Shown here: piece after piece, positions 10,755-20,324 of the stretch
Layout of the letters: each line of letters opens with the position of its first letter
Numbering within the stretch: the stretch's first letter is position 1
Assembly (NCBI GenBank): GCA_003516025.1
Contig: CP023991.1
Span: forward strand, 781,374-813,373
Reading direction: 5' to 3'
Origin: Candidatus Saccharimonadota bacterium
Lineage (GTDB): Bacteria > Patescibacteriota > Saccharimonadia > Saccharimonadales > UBA4665
Length of the DNA stretch: 32,000 nt
Notes under the pieces: generated by a model
What the model was told of the DNA's origin: nothing
Database searches by the model: none
Seen by the model: the letters and a program-made list of their open reading frames with translations, nothing else
Program-made: the position numbers and the translations under genes

Positions 10755-11429
10755 TTATGGCGCGAAAGTGACGTTCGGCAGAATAATAGTATTGAAGTCA
10801 CCGACCGACTGAGCGTTCTCTGTCCATATCTGAATGGTCTTATCGCGTAACGGCTGAATAATCATGCTGCCGGTATTCTTTTTGCCAGGAACAATTAATC
10901 CGTCAACCCGTACGCCAACTACGGTCTGTACTTTTGGTAACGAATACGGGGTTACCGTTACATCACCTTTTTTGACTGCCGCGGCGTAGGAATTAACGAT
11001 GCTGGCATAGGTCTTCTCTACTACCTGTGCGCGCAAGGCGAATACCGACGTCTGGTCGCTGGTGCTCGGAACATACTTAGGGTTAAGGTAGGCGCTGAAC
11101 GGCTGAGTTCCGGAAGCGTTAGAACCCACATAGACGCTCCAGGTCTTAGGATATTCCAAATGGATGCTGCCATAAGCGCTTGGACCATCATATGCCGTCA
11201 GGGGTAGCTTTTCAGCCTCGACAAAGGCCTTATCTTTAGCGATGCCTTCGGCTTTCCGGGCCGATTCAGCCGCTACGGCAGCTTTTTGATCGCTATTGTT
11301 TTTGTAGTCCTGGCGTTCCATATAAGCCCACCCGCCAAAGCTGGCCGCGGCTACAAAGAACACTACCATCAGGATCAACGGTATGAGAAGTACGTTTATC
11401 TCCCCCGTTTGCGTCGCTCGGATATTCAT
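10755..11429 (-). CDS. Membrane-anchored exported hypothetical protein
   Basis: I chose the start MNIRATQ (ATG 11429) to avoid overlapping the upstream gene. It has a single N-terminal TM segment (VLLIPLILMVVFFVAAASFGGWAY) followed by a soluble domain of unknown family. Confidence 0.5.
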   Translation of the reverse strand: MNIRATQTGEINVLLIPLILMVVFFVAAASFGGWAYMERQDYKNNSDQKAAVAAESARKAEGIAKDKAFVEAEKLPLTAYDGPSAYGSIHLEYPKTWSVYVGSNASGTQPFSAYLNPKYVPSTSDQTSVFALRAQVVEKTYASIVNSYAAAVKKGDVTVTPYSLPKVQTVVGVRVDGLIVPGKKNTGSMIIQPLRDKTIQIWTENAQSVGDFNTIILPNVTFAP

Positions 11430-11475
11430 ACTGCTAATGGTAACTGAGTTACCACGGTTGCGCAAGTAGGAGCTG

Positions 11476-11961
11476 TTAGTACTGGTATAAATACACACCG
11501 TCACGTTCTGCGACGGCTTTCTTACCGGGCACTTTGAATGCGAAACTAACCAATTTGACTTTTTTACCATTATATTGAACAATTTTAGTGTTCAATTTTT
11601 CCATAAACGGATCGAGCAGGAAAACGAATATTGCGTTTGCCTGCGGCCATTTGGCCAGCCAAAAGTCAGCGCAGCGTACCTGTACCCGACTACCATACCG
11701 GCGGGTACGCAGCCAGGCTATTATGGCGAGTAACGGGTTTAGCTCATAACCCACGGCGTTGTATCCACGCCGGGCAGCAGCGATTAACACTTTGCCATCA
11801 CCGCAGCCAAGCTCAAGCAAGGTCTGTCCGGGCTTAAGGCCCGCGAGATCAAGCGCTGCTTCAATTTGCTTGGACATAGTCGGCAGGTACGGAGCGCCGC
11901 GTAGTAGCACCAGTCCAAAACACAGTACGATAATAACGATAACCAGAATAAGCCACGCCAC
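11476..11961 (-). CDS. Class I SAM-dependent methyltransferase with N-terminal membrane anchor
   Basis: 161 aa with a GTG start. SAM motif I is LLELGCGDGKVLIAAARRG. The N-terminus has a hydrophobic helix. Confidence 0.7.
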   Translation of the reverse strand: MAWLILVIVIIVLCFGLVLLRGAPYLPTMSKQIEAALDLAGLKPGQTLLELGCGDGKVLIAAARRGYNAVGYELNPLLAIIAWLRTRRYGSRVQVRCADFWLAKWPQANAIFVFLLDPFMEKLNTKIVQYNGKKVKLVSFAFKVPGKKAVAERDGVYLYQY

Positions 11962-11969
11962 GGACTTCC

Positions 11970-12182
11970 CTATTCCTCGTCGTCCTGGCCAAGCACCGAT
12001 GCTTTCAACTCAGTCACTTTATTTTCAGCCGTCTGCAAATAGTCTTCAAGCTGCTTTACGATAGCCAGGCCACGCTCGTAACATCGAACGGCTTCGTCGA
12101 TATCGAGTTCGCCCTGCTCTAATTTCGCCATAACCTGCTGGAGTTCACCGCTCAGTTCCGTGTAAGTTTGTTTTATCGCCAT
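11970..12182 (-). CDS. xseB: Exodeoxyribonuclease VII small subunit
   Basis: 70 aa. LEQGELDIDEAVRCYERGLAIVKQLEDYLQTAENKV matches the XseB pattern. It lies directly downstream of xseA. Confidence 0.9.
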   Translation of the reverse strand: MAIKQTYTELSGELQQVMAKLEQGELDIDEAVRCYERGLAIVKQLEDYLQTAENKVTELKASVLGQDDEE

Positions 12183-12184
12183 TA

Positions 12185-13324
12185 CTATCCTTTCTTGTTG
12201 CTGGCCGTAACTTCGGCCGTTATGTGACCACTGTCAACTTCTATCCGTACTATAGCACCCACCGGGGCGTCTGCCGCCGAACGTACCACCCGGCCATTTT
12301 CCTGGCGTACAATCGCGTACCCGCGCTTAAGGGCGGCCTGTGGACTGAGAACCGCTAAAAGCTGCCTGGTGGACTGTAACTGCGTGTGCTGTTGCTTGAG
12401 CAACCGCTCAACCGATTCTGTAGCGTCAACAACGAAATCCTGCAAGCGCTCACGTCGTGACTCAAATATATCCTGCAGATAATCGTACATATCTATGGTC
12501 GCCTGCCGTACGGCGCGCAGTTCGGTCTGCTTATCAGGAACCAGCAGCTCAGCGGCATTACTGGGGGTGCTGGCGTGTTTGTCGGCGGCCAGCTCCACCA
12601 GGCTGACGTCAATTTCATGGCCAATAGCCGCCAGTACCGGCACCCGGCTCGCCGCTACGGCCCTGGTGACCGTTTCGGCGCTGAAAGCGGCCAGATCATC
12701 AGCGCTACCCCCACCGCGGATAATTACCAACACTTCAGGCGGTTTCGCCCGTTCATTAAAGCGCTCTATGGCGGATACGATTTGCTCGGGGGCGGCTTCG
12801 CCCTGAACCTGCACGTCGATCAGGTCAATGCGCACACCTCCCCAGCGGGCGGCGAGAATTTTCGTGAAGTCAGCGTAAGCGGCGGATTGCCGGGAAGTTA
12901 TCAGGCCAATTCGTTGCGGCGGATACGGTAACGGACGTTTGCGGGCCGGATCAAACAGGCCTTCAGCCCGCAACTTAGCGGTCAGCAGTTCAGCTGCCCG
13001 GCGGATTGAGCCCTCGCCAGCCGGCTGCATGGTTTGTACGTTAACACTGAAACCGAATCGTTCATGCATATGCGGCGTGCCGCGAACATGCATCAGCATG
13101 CCATCCTCCAGTGGCCCGGGTAGCATATATACCGTACCGAAAAAGCGGACGCTGGCTTCATCGTCCTTAAGATCAAAATAAACCCATTTGCCTCGGCTGA
13201 CCTTAAAGTTCGCTAGTTCTCCAGTTATAACGATACCGGGAAAAGCGAATTCATACGTCTGGTTGAGTAGCGCCACCAATTCACTAACACTGACAGTAAC
13301 TTCCGGCATTTCGGCCATATTCAA
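12185..13324 (-). CDS. xseA: Exodeoxyribonuclease VII large subunit
   Basis: 379 aa. It has an N-terminal OB-fold pattern (VSELVALLNQT...ITGELANFKVSRGKWVYFDLKD) and a GGGSADDL motif. Confidence 0.9.
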   Translation of the reverse strand: MNMAEMPEVTVSVSELVALLNQTYEFAFPGIVITGELANFKVSRGKWVYFDLKDDEASVRFFGTVYMLPGPLEDGMLMHVRGTPHMHERFGFSVNVQTMQPAGEGSIRRAAELLTAKLRAEGLFDPARKRPLPYPPQRIGLITSRQSAAYADFTKILAARWGGVRIDLIDVQVQGEAAPEQIVSAIERFNERAKPPEVLVIIRGGGSADDLAAFSAETVTRAVAASRVPVLAAIGHEIDVSLVELAADKHASTPSNAAELLVPDKQTELRAVRQATIDMYDYLQDIFESRRERLQDFVVDATESVERLLKQQHTQLQSTRQLLAVLSPQAALKRGYAIVRQENGRVVRSAADAPVGAIVRIEVDSGHITAEVTASNKKG

Positions 13325-14367
13325 GAGCCCTTGCCCTTCAGGGCCTTATGGTAGAGATAGTATCCTGGCGGGATCTGAATAGCGGTACTCAGCACCCGGT
13401 ACATAACGGTGACCGGTAAGCTGATGCCGGCTGGCACGCCGCCAGCCGATAGTACGGCCGTCATTAATGCCTCGTAAATACCAACGCCGCCCGGTAACAC
13501 GGAGACAAGGCCGGCAAAGTTAGCGACGGCATAGGCTAGAATTACCGCACCCACGTTGACCCATTCGTTAAAAGCTATATAAACCACATATAATGTCAGA
13601 ACTTCGGCGATATTTGCTACCAGCGCCCACCAGAACGGGGCACGCAGCTCGCGCCAGTGATTTTTGAACTCGACATAGTTGTTATGCAGGTCCTCAAAGG
13701 TCTCATGAGCCTTTTGGAGGTTTATGGTTTCCGGATGCTTCGGCCGCACTACCTGGATCAAACGGTTTATGAACTTGGTTACCGTTAAGAAAAAACTATT
13801 AATGCGGCGCTTACTGCCAATAATATAAGTAATCGCCAAAGTGCCGAGCACCAGCAGCGTGCTCAGTGAACCCGCCACGAAAAGTACAAAGCCGTTCGCT
13901 TTGCCGACTACGGCTAAGAAAAACAGTCCGGCGACAAGGACAATTTCAAATGACAAAAACAGCAGTGCCAGCTTCATAGCCTGCACCAGCGCCGCCTTGG
14001 CGCCGGAAATATTTTCGCCGTCTTTCATGCGGACCCCGAAATACGACACGCCGGTAACGCCGCCGCTTGGAAAGACATGATTAACAAAGTTAAGTTCTAC
14101 TGATGTGCGGAACAGGAACCAATAGCGTAATTTATTACCGACTACTTTGAACATACCCTGATACATCTTGGTCTGCGCGTGATAGTTCAAAAACTGTACC
14201 GGAATGATGAGTAACAGTATCCAGGCATTGACGCGGAACAGGTTCTCGAATGTTTGTAGCAACTGGTCGCGAATGGCATAAATGAGCACACCGAGAGCTA
14301 TGAGCGTGATAATATTGACTATCAGTTTCCACCGCCTTTTCAAGAAGCCGTCAGTTTGCTCGCTCAT
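13321..14367 (-). CDS. Polytopic membrane protein, lysylphosphatidylglycerol-synthase-TM / flippase-like (UPF0104) family
   Basis: 348 aa with about 8 hydrophobic segments. Family assignment is by overall pattern only. TATAAT (reverse complement of 14374-14379) lies 6 nt upstream of the ATG. The 3' end overlaps the xseA start by 4 nt. Confidence 0.55.
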   Translation of the reverse strand: MSEQTDGFLKRRWKLIVNIITLIALGVLIYAIRDQLLQTFENLFRVNAWILLLIIPVQFLNYHAQTKMYQGMFKVVGNKLRYWFLFRTSVELNFVNHVFPSGGVTGVSYFGVRMKDGENISGAKAALVQAMKLALLFLSFEIVLVAGLFFLAVVGKANGFVLFVAGSLSTLLVLGTLAITYIIGSKRRINSFFLTVTKFINRLIQVVRPKHPETINLQKAHETFEDLHNNYVEFKNHWRELRAPFWWALVANIAEVLTLYVVYIAFNEWVNVGAVILAYAVANFAGLVSVLPGGVGIYEALMTAVLSAGGVPAGISLPVTVMYRVLSTAIQIPPGYYLYHKALKGKGS

Positions 14368-14432
14368 ACGCGCATTATAGCAAACTCACGGATTAGCAGT
14401 TACCCGGCTAAACATCTATAATAAATGCAATT

Positions 14433-15647
14433 ATGCAAAATGTTTCTACGTCACTGTTTATTCTTGGCCGCCAACCAGCGCTTGGTCTCGCTGAACTGGA
14501 AAGCCTGTACGGCGCCGCAGGCTTACGCCCCGTTGGCCGTGAAGCCGCCCTTTTAGACACTGATCCTGCTGCCGTAGACTTTGATCGCCTAGGTGGCGCC
14601 ATTAAGTTTGGCCGCGTATTAACGACCCTGCCGTCTGTCGACTGGCGCGATATAGAGAAGTACTTGACCGGCTCGCTCCCTAAACTGGCCGAAGACCTGC
14701 CCGAGGGAAAGTTGACGCTGGGAATGAGCGTCTACAACCTGCGCGTTAGCCCGGCCGCGATCCAGGCGCTCGGCCTGACACTCAAAAAAAGTATTCGTAA
14801 GTCCGGCCGCAGCGTACGTTTAGTACCCAATAAGGAGCTCGAACTCAACACCGCGCAGGTACTGCACAACAACCTAGACCGCGATAACGGTTGGGAACTG
14901 CTACTGGTCCGCGACGGCTCACAGACAATTATCGGCCAGACACTGCGCGTCCAGGATATTGAAAGCTATACGATCCGCGACCGGGAGCGCCCGAAGCGCG
15001 ACGCGCGGGTTGGCATGTTGCCGCCGAAGCTGGCGCAGATCATCATCAACCTAGCCGTAAGTGACCAGGATAAATCACAAGCGGCTATACTTGATCCATT
15101 TTGCGGTACTGGTGTTGTTCTCCAGGAAGCGGGCCTAATGGGTCTAAGCACCTACGGTACCGATCTTGATGAACGAATGGTCCGCTACACGCGTGATAAC
15201 ATCAACTGGGTGAACGACTATCTGCGCGTAAGCTTCCAGTGGAAAGCCGATGTAGGTGATGCCACGACATTCGTATGGGACCCAATCTTCAATGCCGTAG
15301 CTTGCGAAACATATCTCGGCCGGCCGTTCACCGCCCTGCCAAATCCGGAAGTTTTACATCAGACAGTTTCCGAAGTTAACCTCATAATCAAAAAGTTTTT
15401 GAAGAACATCGGTTCGCAGGTATCAAGCGGTACGAGAATGTGCGTCGCGGTGCCTGCCTGGCAGGTCCGGCCGGGCCAGTTCAAGCACCTTCCATTACTC
15501 GCCGGACCTTCGGCCACGAACCTTGACTCTCTCGGTGAACTAGGGTACAATCGTACTATATTTGAGCACGTCAGTAGTCGGGATTTACTCTACTACCGCG
15601 CAGACCAAGTGGTCGCCCGTGAACTGCTCGTATTAATTAAGAAATAA
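14433..15647 (+). CDS. Putative RNA (guanine-N2-type, UPF0020/Trm11-like) SAM-dependent methyltransferase
   Basis: 404 aa with motif I ILDPFCGTGVVLQEAGLMG after an N-terminal non-catalytic domain. TATAAT (14417-14422) lies 10 nt upstream of the ATG. Confidence 0.6.
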   Translation: MQNVSTSLFILGRQPALGLAELESLYGAAGLRPVGREAALLDTDPAAVDFDRLGGAIKFGRVLTTLPSVDWRDIEKYLTGSLPKLAEDLPEGKLTLGMSVYNLRVSPAAIQALGLTLKKSIRKSGRSVRLVPNKELELNTAQVLHNNLDRDNGWELLLVRDGSQTIIGQTLRVQDIESYTIRDRERPKRDARVGMLPPKLAQIIINLAVSDQDKSQAAILDPFCGTGVVLQEAGLMGLSTYGTDLDERMVRYTRDNINWVNDYLRVSFQWKADVGDATTFVWDPIFNAVACETYLGRPFTALPNPEVLHQTVSEVNLIIKKFLKNIGSQVSSGTRMCVAVPAWQVRPGQFKHLPLLAGPSATNLDSLGELGYNRTIFEHVSSRDLLYYRADQVVARELLVLIKK

Positions 15648-15660
15648 GAGGTAATTTTAT

Positions 15661-15933
15661 ATGTCACATGTGAAAGCAGGCGGTACCGCCAAAAATACCC
15701 GCGACAGCCAAGGCCAGCGCCTCGGTGTTAAGTTGTTCGGTGGCCAGAAAGTAACTGTTGGCCAGGTTATAGTTCGCCAAGTTGGCCTTACGAAGCGCGC
15801 CGGCGAAGGTACTTCTCTCAGCCGCAACTATACTATCCACGCTGCCCGCGATGGCGTCGTCACCTTTACGACCCGCAAGTTCCGCAGCTTTGCCGGCAAG
15901 AGCATCCGCCGTACTGAAGTTACTGTTCAGTAA
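15661..15933 (+). CDS. rpmA: 50S ribosomal protein L27
   Basis: 90 aa. MSHVKAGGTAKNTRDSQGQRLGVKLFGGQ is the L27 signature. An AGAGG SD precedes the start. Confidence 0.95.
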   Translation: MSHVKAGGTAKNTRDSQGQRLGVKLFGGQKVTVGQVIVRQVGLTKRAGEGTSLSRNYTIHAARDGVVTFTTRKFRSFAGKSIRRTEVTVQ

Positions 15934-15953
15934 CACTTTCCGCGTAAATAAAA

Positions 15954-15983
15954 AGTTCCTCCACTGGGAGGAGCTTTTTATTT
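15954..15983. terminator. Bidirectional Rho-independent terminator between rpmA (+) and the response regulator gene (-)
   Basis: AGTTCCTCC (15954-15962) pairs with GGAGGAGCT (15967-15975), including one G-T wobble, around an ACTG loop. An A-run lies upstream and a T-run downstream. Confidence 0.8.
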
Positions 15984-15993
15984 GTAGTCGTAA

Positions 15994-16413
15994 TTATTCG
16001 GTATCGAGGTGGTGTTTTACGCGGTCGACGACATCCGCGATTACTACCTGGGACTTTACCAGATAGTCATCAACGCCGAGGCTTTCGGCGCGCTCTTTAT
16101 CACTATCCTGGCTGAGAGCGGTCAACATAATTACTTTCAGCCCAGCAGTTTCCGGAGTGTTGCGTAAAATGTCCAGCACATCAAAGCCGCTGACTTTAGG
16201 CATCATTACGTCAAGCAGTACCAGATCCGGCTTGAAGCTCATGGCGCTAGCCAGAGCCTCTTCCCCATTGGCCACGCGGCGCAGGTCGAAACCTTCAGCC
16301 TGGAGACGGGTTAAATAAACGTTTGCGAGCGCGTCATCGTCCTCTACCAGGAGAATGCGTTTAGGGTGTAATGGGCCGAGGTAGTCGGCAGATGGTGATT
16401 GTGATGTATCCAT
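15994..16413 (-). CDS. Single-domain CheY-like response regulator (canonical)
   Basis: 139 aa with LLVEDDD, DLVLLDVMMP, IMLTA and DYLVKS all conserved. TATAGT (reverse complement of 16422-16427) lies 8 nt upstream of the ATG. Confidence 0.88.
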   Translation of the reverse strand: MDTSQSPSADYLGPLHPKRILLVEDDDALANVYLTRLQAEGFDLRRVANGEEALASAMSFKPDLVLLDVMMPKVSGFDVLDILRNTPETAGLKVIMLTALSQDSDKERAESLGVDDYLVKSQVVIADVVDRVKHHLDTE

Positions 16414-16458
16414 AATGGTTAACTATAACCCCTCGGGCTGTTTTTGCAAACCTTACCG

Positions 16459-18060
16459 CTAACGCTTAAGAAGGCTCCGGACAAATCCATCAAACATTGG
16501 ATGCGGACGGTTCGGCCGCGATTTATATTCAGGATGGAACTGGCTGGCAACGAAGAATGGATGGTCCAGACCCTCTATAACTTCTACCAGGTTGTTATCC
16601 GGGTTAACGCCGCTGGCACGGATGCCCCACGACTCATATTGGTCTTTATACGCATTGGAGCACTCGTAGCGGTGGCGGTGCCGCTCTACGATTTCAGTCT
16701 GGCCATATAATGTAGCAGCCAGGCTGTCTTTGGCCAAATCGCAGTTGTAATTACCCAGGCGCATTGTACCGCCGGTATTCTCAAGCCCTTTTTGGCCGTC
16801 CATAGTCGTGATAACCGGGTTGGTTGTGCCGGGATCAACTTCCGTGGTATTTGCGTCGGTTAGTCCGGCGCTGCGGGCGGCGGCAATAACGGCCATCTGT
16901 AAACCGTAGCACAGGCCAAGGTATGGCAGCTTGTTTGCCAGCGCGTACTGCGCCGCCTTGATCTTACCCTCTACGCCGCGCGAACCAAAGCCGCCAGGCA
17001 CGACAATGCCATCGTACTGTTCAAGCGTAGCGGCAACGTCAGCGGCCTGGCCTAATTCCTCGGCGTCGATCCAGTCGATTGATACGTGAGCATCATTATT
17101 CCAACCGGCAGCCTTTAAAGCTTCAAACACCGACATATAGGTATCCTGATTGTCCAAGTACTTAGCGACGACGCCGACTTTAACCGCGTATTTTTGCTCG
17201 CCGATTGCCCGGGCGACTACCTTGCGCCATTCAGCGAGATCCGCCTTATGCGTGCTGAAGCCCAACCGTTCAACGATAACGTCGGCGACACCGGTATCTT
17301 CCAGCGTCAGGGGAACTTCATAAATAGTTCGAGCATTCGGTAACAGCGCGATCGCCTGTTCGCTCACACCGCAGTACAGGCTCAGTTTTTTCTTGATTAA
17401 TTCCGGCGCGGGCTCTTCGCTGCGGGCTACCAGTATATTTGGACTAATGCCAAGCCCACGAATATCACGTACTGAATTCTGGCCGGGCTTGCTCTTGAAT
17501 TCTTTGCTGGTATTCAGGTACGGCATATAAACCACGTGCACGTAGACGCAGTTCTCTAGGCCGACCCTCATGCCCAGTTCGCGGATAGCCTCGATAAAAC
17601 TCAACGACTCGTAATCACCTACCGTACCACCTATCTCAACGATATGGACGTCGAAGTCCCTGCCCGCTTCCTGTATACCCTCCTGGATGGCGTTTGTAAC
17701 ATGCGGGATGATCTGGACGGTGCCGCCCTGGTATTTCCCGGCGCGCTCGTCTTCGATAACTTTCAACATCACCCGTCCACTCATCAGACTGCTGGCCTGG
17801 GTCAGTTCTTCGTCGAGAAAACGCTCGTAATGGCCAAGGTCAAGGTCGGTCTCGGCACCATCCTGTGTAACGTAGCATTCGCCGTGTTCACGCGGATTAA
17901 GCGTGCCGGCATCAACATTGAGATACGGGTCACATTTTTGAATGTTTACGCTCAGGCCGCGGGCCTTTAAAAGGTTTCCAATGGAGGCGGCAGTGATGCC
18001 CTTTCCTAATCCGGAAAGCACACCACCAGTTACAAAGATATACTTTGTGGGGTTCGCCAC
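16459..18060 (-). CDS. pyrG: CTP synthase
   Basis: 533 aa. It has the N-terminus YIFVTGGVLSGLGKGI and a C-terminal glutamine amidotransferase domain (GLCYGLQ). GTG start after a GAGAGGTG SD. Confidence 0.97.
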   Translation of the reverse strand: MANPTKYIFVTGGVLSGLGKGITAASIGNLLKARGLSVNIQKCDPYLNVDAGTLNPREHGECYVTQDGAETDLDLGHYERFLDEELTQASSLMSGRVMLKVIEDERAGKYQGGTVQIIPHVTNAIQEGIQEAGRDFDVHIVEIGGTVGDYESLSFIEAIRELGMRVGLENCVYVHVVYMPYLNTSKEFKSKPGQNSVRDIRGLGISPNILVARSEEPAPELIKKKLSLYCGVSEQAIALLPNARTIYEVPLTLEDTGVADVIVERLGFSTHKADLAEWRKVVARAIGEQKYAVKVGVVAKYLDNQDTYMSVFEALKAAGWNNDAHVSIDWIDAEELGQAADVAATLEQYDGIVVPGGFGSRGVEGKIKAAQYALANKLPYLGLCYGLQMAVIAAARSAGLTDANTTEVDPGTTNPVITTMDGQKGLENTGGTMRLGNYNCDLAKDSLAATLYGQTEIVERHRHRYECSNAYKDQYESWGIRASGVNPDNNLVEVIEGLDHPFFVASQFHPEYKSRPNRPHPMFDGFVRSLLKR

Positions 18061-18134
18061 GTAACACCTCTCATTAATTCTCTTACAGAATACAGGATGG
18101 ACAAGGCTCAGGCAAGCAGTTCATCATTAGTTAA

Positions 18135-19376
18135 TTACTGTTTGGCTTTGAGATAATCGATGGCGGCGGTTTTCTGCGTGTCGTTCTTGGCGGCCACATC
18201 CTCGTCGCTAATAGTTACTTTCTGGTCCGGCTCAATACCCTTTTTATTGATATTCTGGCCGTTCGGACGGTACCAACTGGCTACGGTCACTTTGAGCATC
18301 GCGTCACTACAGTTACCATCAGACTGGCGGCCGCCGCCGATACAAATCGGCTGCTGGACCACGCCCTTGCCATAACTCTTTTCGCCTATCAGGCGGGCGG
18401 CATTATTGTCCTTTAGCGCTCCGGCAGTAATTTCCGAAGCCGAAGCACTTCCCTGATCAATCAGGACTACGGTCGGAATACCCGCCAGCAATGCCGAGCC
18501 GGTTGATTTGTAGGTATCAAGCACTACGGAGCCGCGTTTCTCCTGGAGCACCGTCTTATCTTGCGGCAACCACTCGCTGGAGACCGCTACGGCAGAATCA
18601 AGGATACCACCAGGGTTGCCACGAAGGTCCAGTACTACTCCCTTAACGTTTTTATCTTTCAGTTCGGTAGCCGCCTGGTGAATGAGATCCGGCGTATCAG
18701 AACCAAAAGTACTGATGGTTATATAACCGATGTCGTCGTCCTGGACTTCCCACTTCACGCTTTTAATCTGGATACTGTCACGAGTAATCGTGAGGTCCAA
18801 GGCCTGCGATTTATCACGGATAAGGCTCAACTTAACGGTCGTGCCCTTTTCGCCGCGAATCTTGCTTACGGCGTCATCAATTGACATGCCAGTAGTCGAT
18901 TCACCATTAATACGCGCGATAATATCCTGAGCCTGTACGCCGGCTTTCTCGGCCGGATTGCCGGCAATCGGGGCCACGATAATAATGTTACCATCGCTGT
19001 CTTCGCCAAGTTCCGCTCCAATACCGGTAAAGGTGCCATTAACCTGGCCTTCAAAATCAGCAGCTTCCTTAGCGGTAAAATATTCGGTATAGGGGTCACC
19101 AGTCGCTTCGGCCAAGCCCTTCTTAAGACCCGTTTCCAGCTGTTCGGCGGTTAACTTACCGTCATAATTAGTTCGCAGCTCATCGTACACGTCTTCGACG
19201 CCGCTATAATCCAGGTCTTTAGGCAAACCGCTTACCGAGGCATAGCCGCGATTAGCGAATGGCAGTTTCAGCCGTCCCGTTCCTATAACATTACCGAGCA
19301 CGAAAAACGTGACCGCGACCAGTACAAGTACTAGAGGCTTCGCGGCAAACCTCTTTTGTTTTCCCTCATTGTTCAT
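18135..19376 (-). CDS. ctpA: S41 family C-terminal processing peptidase (PDZ domain, Ser/Lys dyad)
   Basis: It has a PDZ-like GIGAELG...APIAGNPAEKAGV segment, the catalytic motif DQGSASASE, and KSYGKG. I prefer the start at ATG 19376 (MNNEGKQ...) because TATAAT (reverse complement of 19384-19389) sits 7 nt upstream. The longer ORF runs to 19436. Confidence 0.88.
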   Translation of the reverse strand: MNNEGKQKRFAAKPLVLVLVAVTFFVLGNVIGTGRLKLPFANRGYASVSGLPKDLDYSGVEDVYDELRTNYDGKLTAEQLETGLKKGLAEATGDPYTEYFTAKEAADFEGQVNGTFTGIGAELGEDSDGNIIIVAPIAGNPAEKAGVQAQDIIARINGESTTGMSIDDAVSKIRGEKGTTVKLSLIRDKSQALDLTITRDSIQIKSVKWEVQDDDIGYITISTFGSDTPDLIHQAATELKDKNVKGVVLDLRGNPGGILDSAVAVSSEWLPQDKTVLQEKRGSVVLDTYKSTGSALLAGIPTVVLIDQGSASASEITAGALKDNNAARLIGEKSYGKGVVQQPICIGGGRQSDGNCSDAMLKVTVASWYRPNGQNINKKGIEPDQKVTISDEDVAAKNDTQKTAAIDYLKAKQ

Positions 19377-19454
19377 TCTTTCAATTATAGCAGCCGTGAC
19401 TGGCGCAAAGCTGAAAAGCCGTTGTCTTTTATGCACAAACAGGCAGGCGTACTA

Positions 19455-19482
19455 TTGCTTTTTTTAAGTTTTTTGGTATAAT
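19455..19482 (+). promoter_or_regulatory. Strong sigma70-type promoter with extended -10 (TTGCTT-N16-TGgTATAAT) reading into the island
   Basis: TTGCTT at 19455-19460, TG at 19474-19475 and TATAAT at 19477-19482. It is divergent from ctpA. It predicts a ~190-nt leader before GTG 19683. Confidence 0.6.
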
Positions 19483-19519
19483 ATGCGTCATTGCTCGGAG
19501 TTTTAACTTCTTGCAATGT

Positions 19520-19553
19520 CATTTGACAAGCAGATACTTTAGAATTGAGACAA
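19520..19553. repeat. Left inverted arm of the island (CATTTGACAAGCAGATACTTTAGAATTGAGACAA)
   Basis: 19524-19553 can pair with 20423-20448 as 13 + 4 + 7 = 24 bp, with one internal loop and one 2-nt bulge. The core TGACAAGCAGATA is present three times in the island. Confidence 0.7.
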
Positions 19554-19682
19554 TCTCATACGGGCTGAGCTCTAAGACCATTACTTACATAAGTGGTTTT
19601 ATAGTTCAGTCTGTGTGTTCAGATAACACGCGCTCGCAGCTTGCGGGAGGCATACCGCCTACTGAATAGAGGGGAAACTACC

Positions 19683-20285
19683 GTGTCCAACGGAACCAAC
19701 GCCCGGCAGTCGGTCATGTCGTTCTTCAACAGCACGGTCTACCTGACGCTCAAGGCGCCGGTGGAGGGCCCGCAGTTCGACTTCGTGATGAGCGAGGCGT
19801 CCCGCATGGTGAACACCCTCTTCGCGCCGGTCATCGGCCAGCTCCCCACATCGGCGGACAAGACGACCGAGTCGTCGGAGACCCGTTCCGAGCCGGTGAA
19901 GCTCACCAAGACCTACCGCACCGCCAAGGGCAACCTGACCATCGAGGTCAAGGTCACCCTGCGGCAGCCGATCGATCGGAACCAGGTCTACTCGGCGCTC
20001 GAGCACTCCCTGTCGGAGACGCACTCGCTCGTGCAGTTCGTCGAGATGGAGATGCCCACCAAGGAGCAGGTCATCGACAACATGGTCGGCGACCTGGTCG
20101 ACTCCATCTTCCCCGGCGGCGCGAGCTTCCTCAAGGACGTGATCGGCGAGGACGCCCTCAGCGACCTCCTGGCCGGCGGCAGTTCCCAGTCCGGTTCGGA
20201 CTTCTTCGGCGAGAGCTTCACCAGCCTCCTCGGCAGGACCGCTACCCGTTCCTCCGGCATGCCCGGCTTCCCGCCCAGCCGCTGA
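19683..20285 (+). CDS. Orphan 200-aa protein with foreign, GC3-saturated (actinobacterial-type) codon usage
   Basis: GTG 19683 with GAGGGG (19669-19674) 8 nt upstream; an alternative ATG lies at 19716. By my count only about 8 of ~200 codons end in A/T. The ORF tool's TTG 19641 start is less likely. I recognise no family motif. The C-terminal third is acidic and Gly/Ser-rich. Confidence 0.65.
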   Translation: MSNGTNARQSVMSFFNSTVYLTLKAPVEGPQFDFVMSEASRMVNTLFAPVIGQLPTSADKTTESSETRSEPVKLTKTYRTAKGNLTIEVKVTLRQPIDRNQVYSALEHSLSETHSLVQFVEMEMPTKEQVIDNMVGDLVDSIFPGGASFLKDVIGEDALSDLLAGGSSQSGSDFFGESFTSLLGRTATRSSGMPGFPPSR

Positions 20286-20324
20286 CCCCCCTTCCTCTGA
20301 CCTGACAGGAGAAAACGGTGCCGC

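Noticed and set aside
19523-19545. Second promoter TTGACA (19523-19528) ... TAGAAT (19540-19545) inside the left arm
   Set aside because: The spacer is only 11 nt, incompatible with sigma70 geometry. The TTGACA is better explained as part of the repeated arm core.
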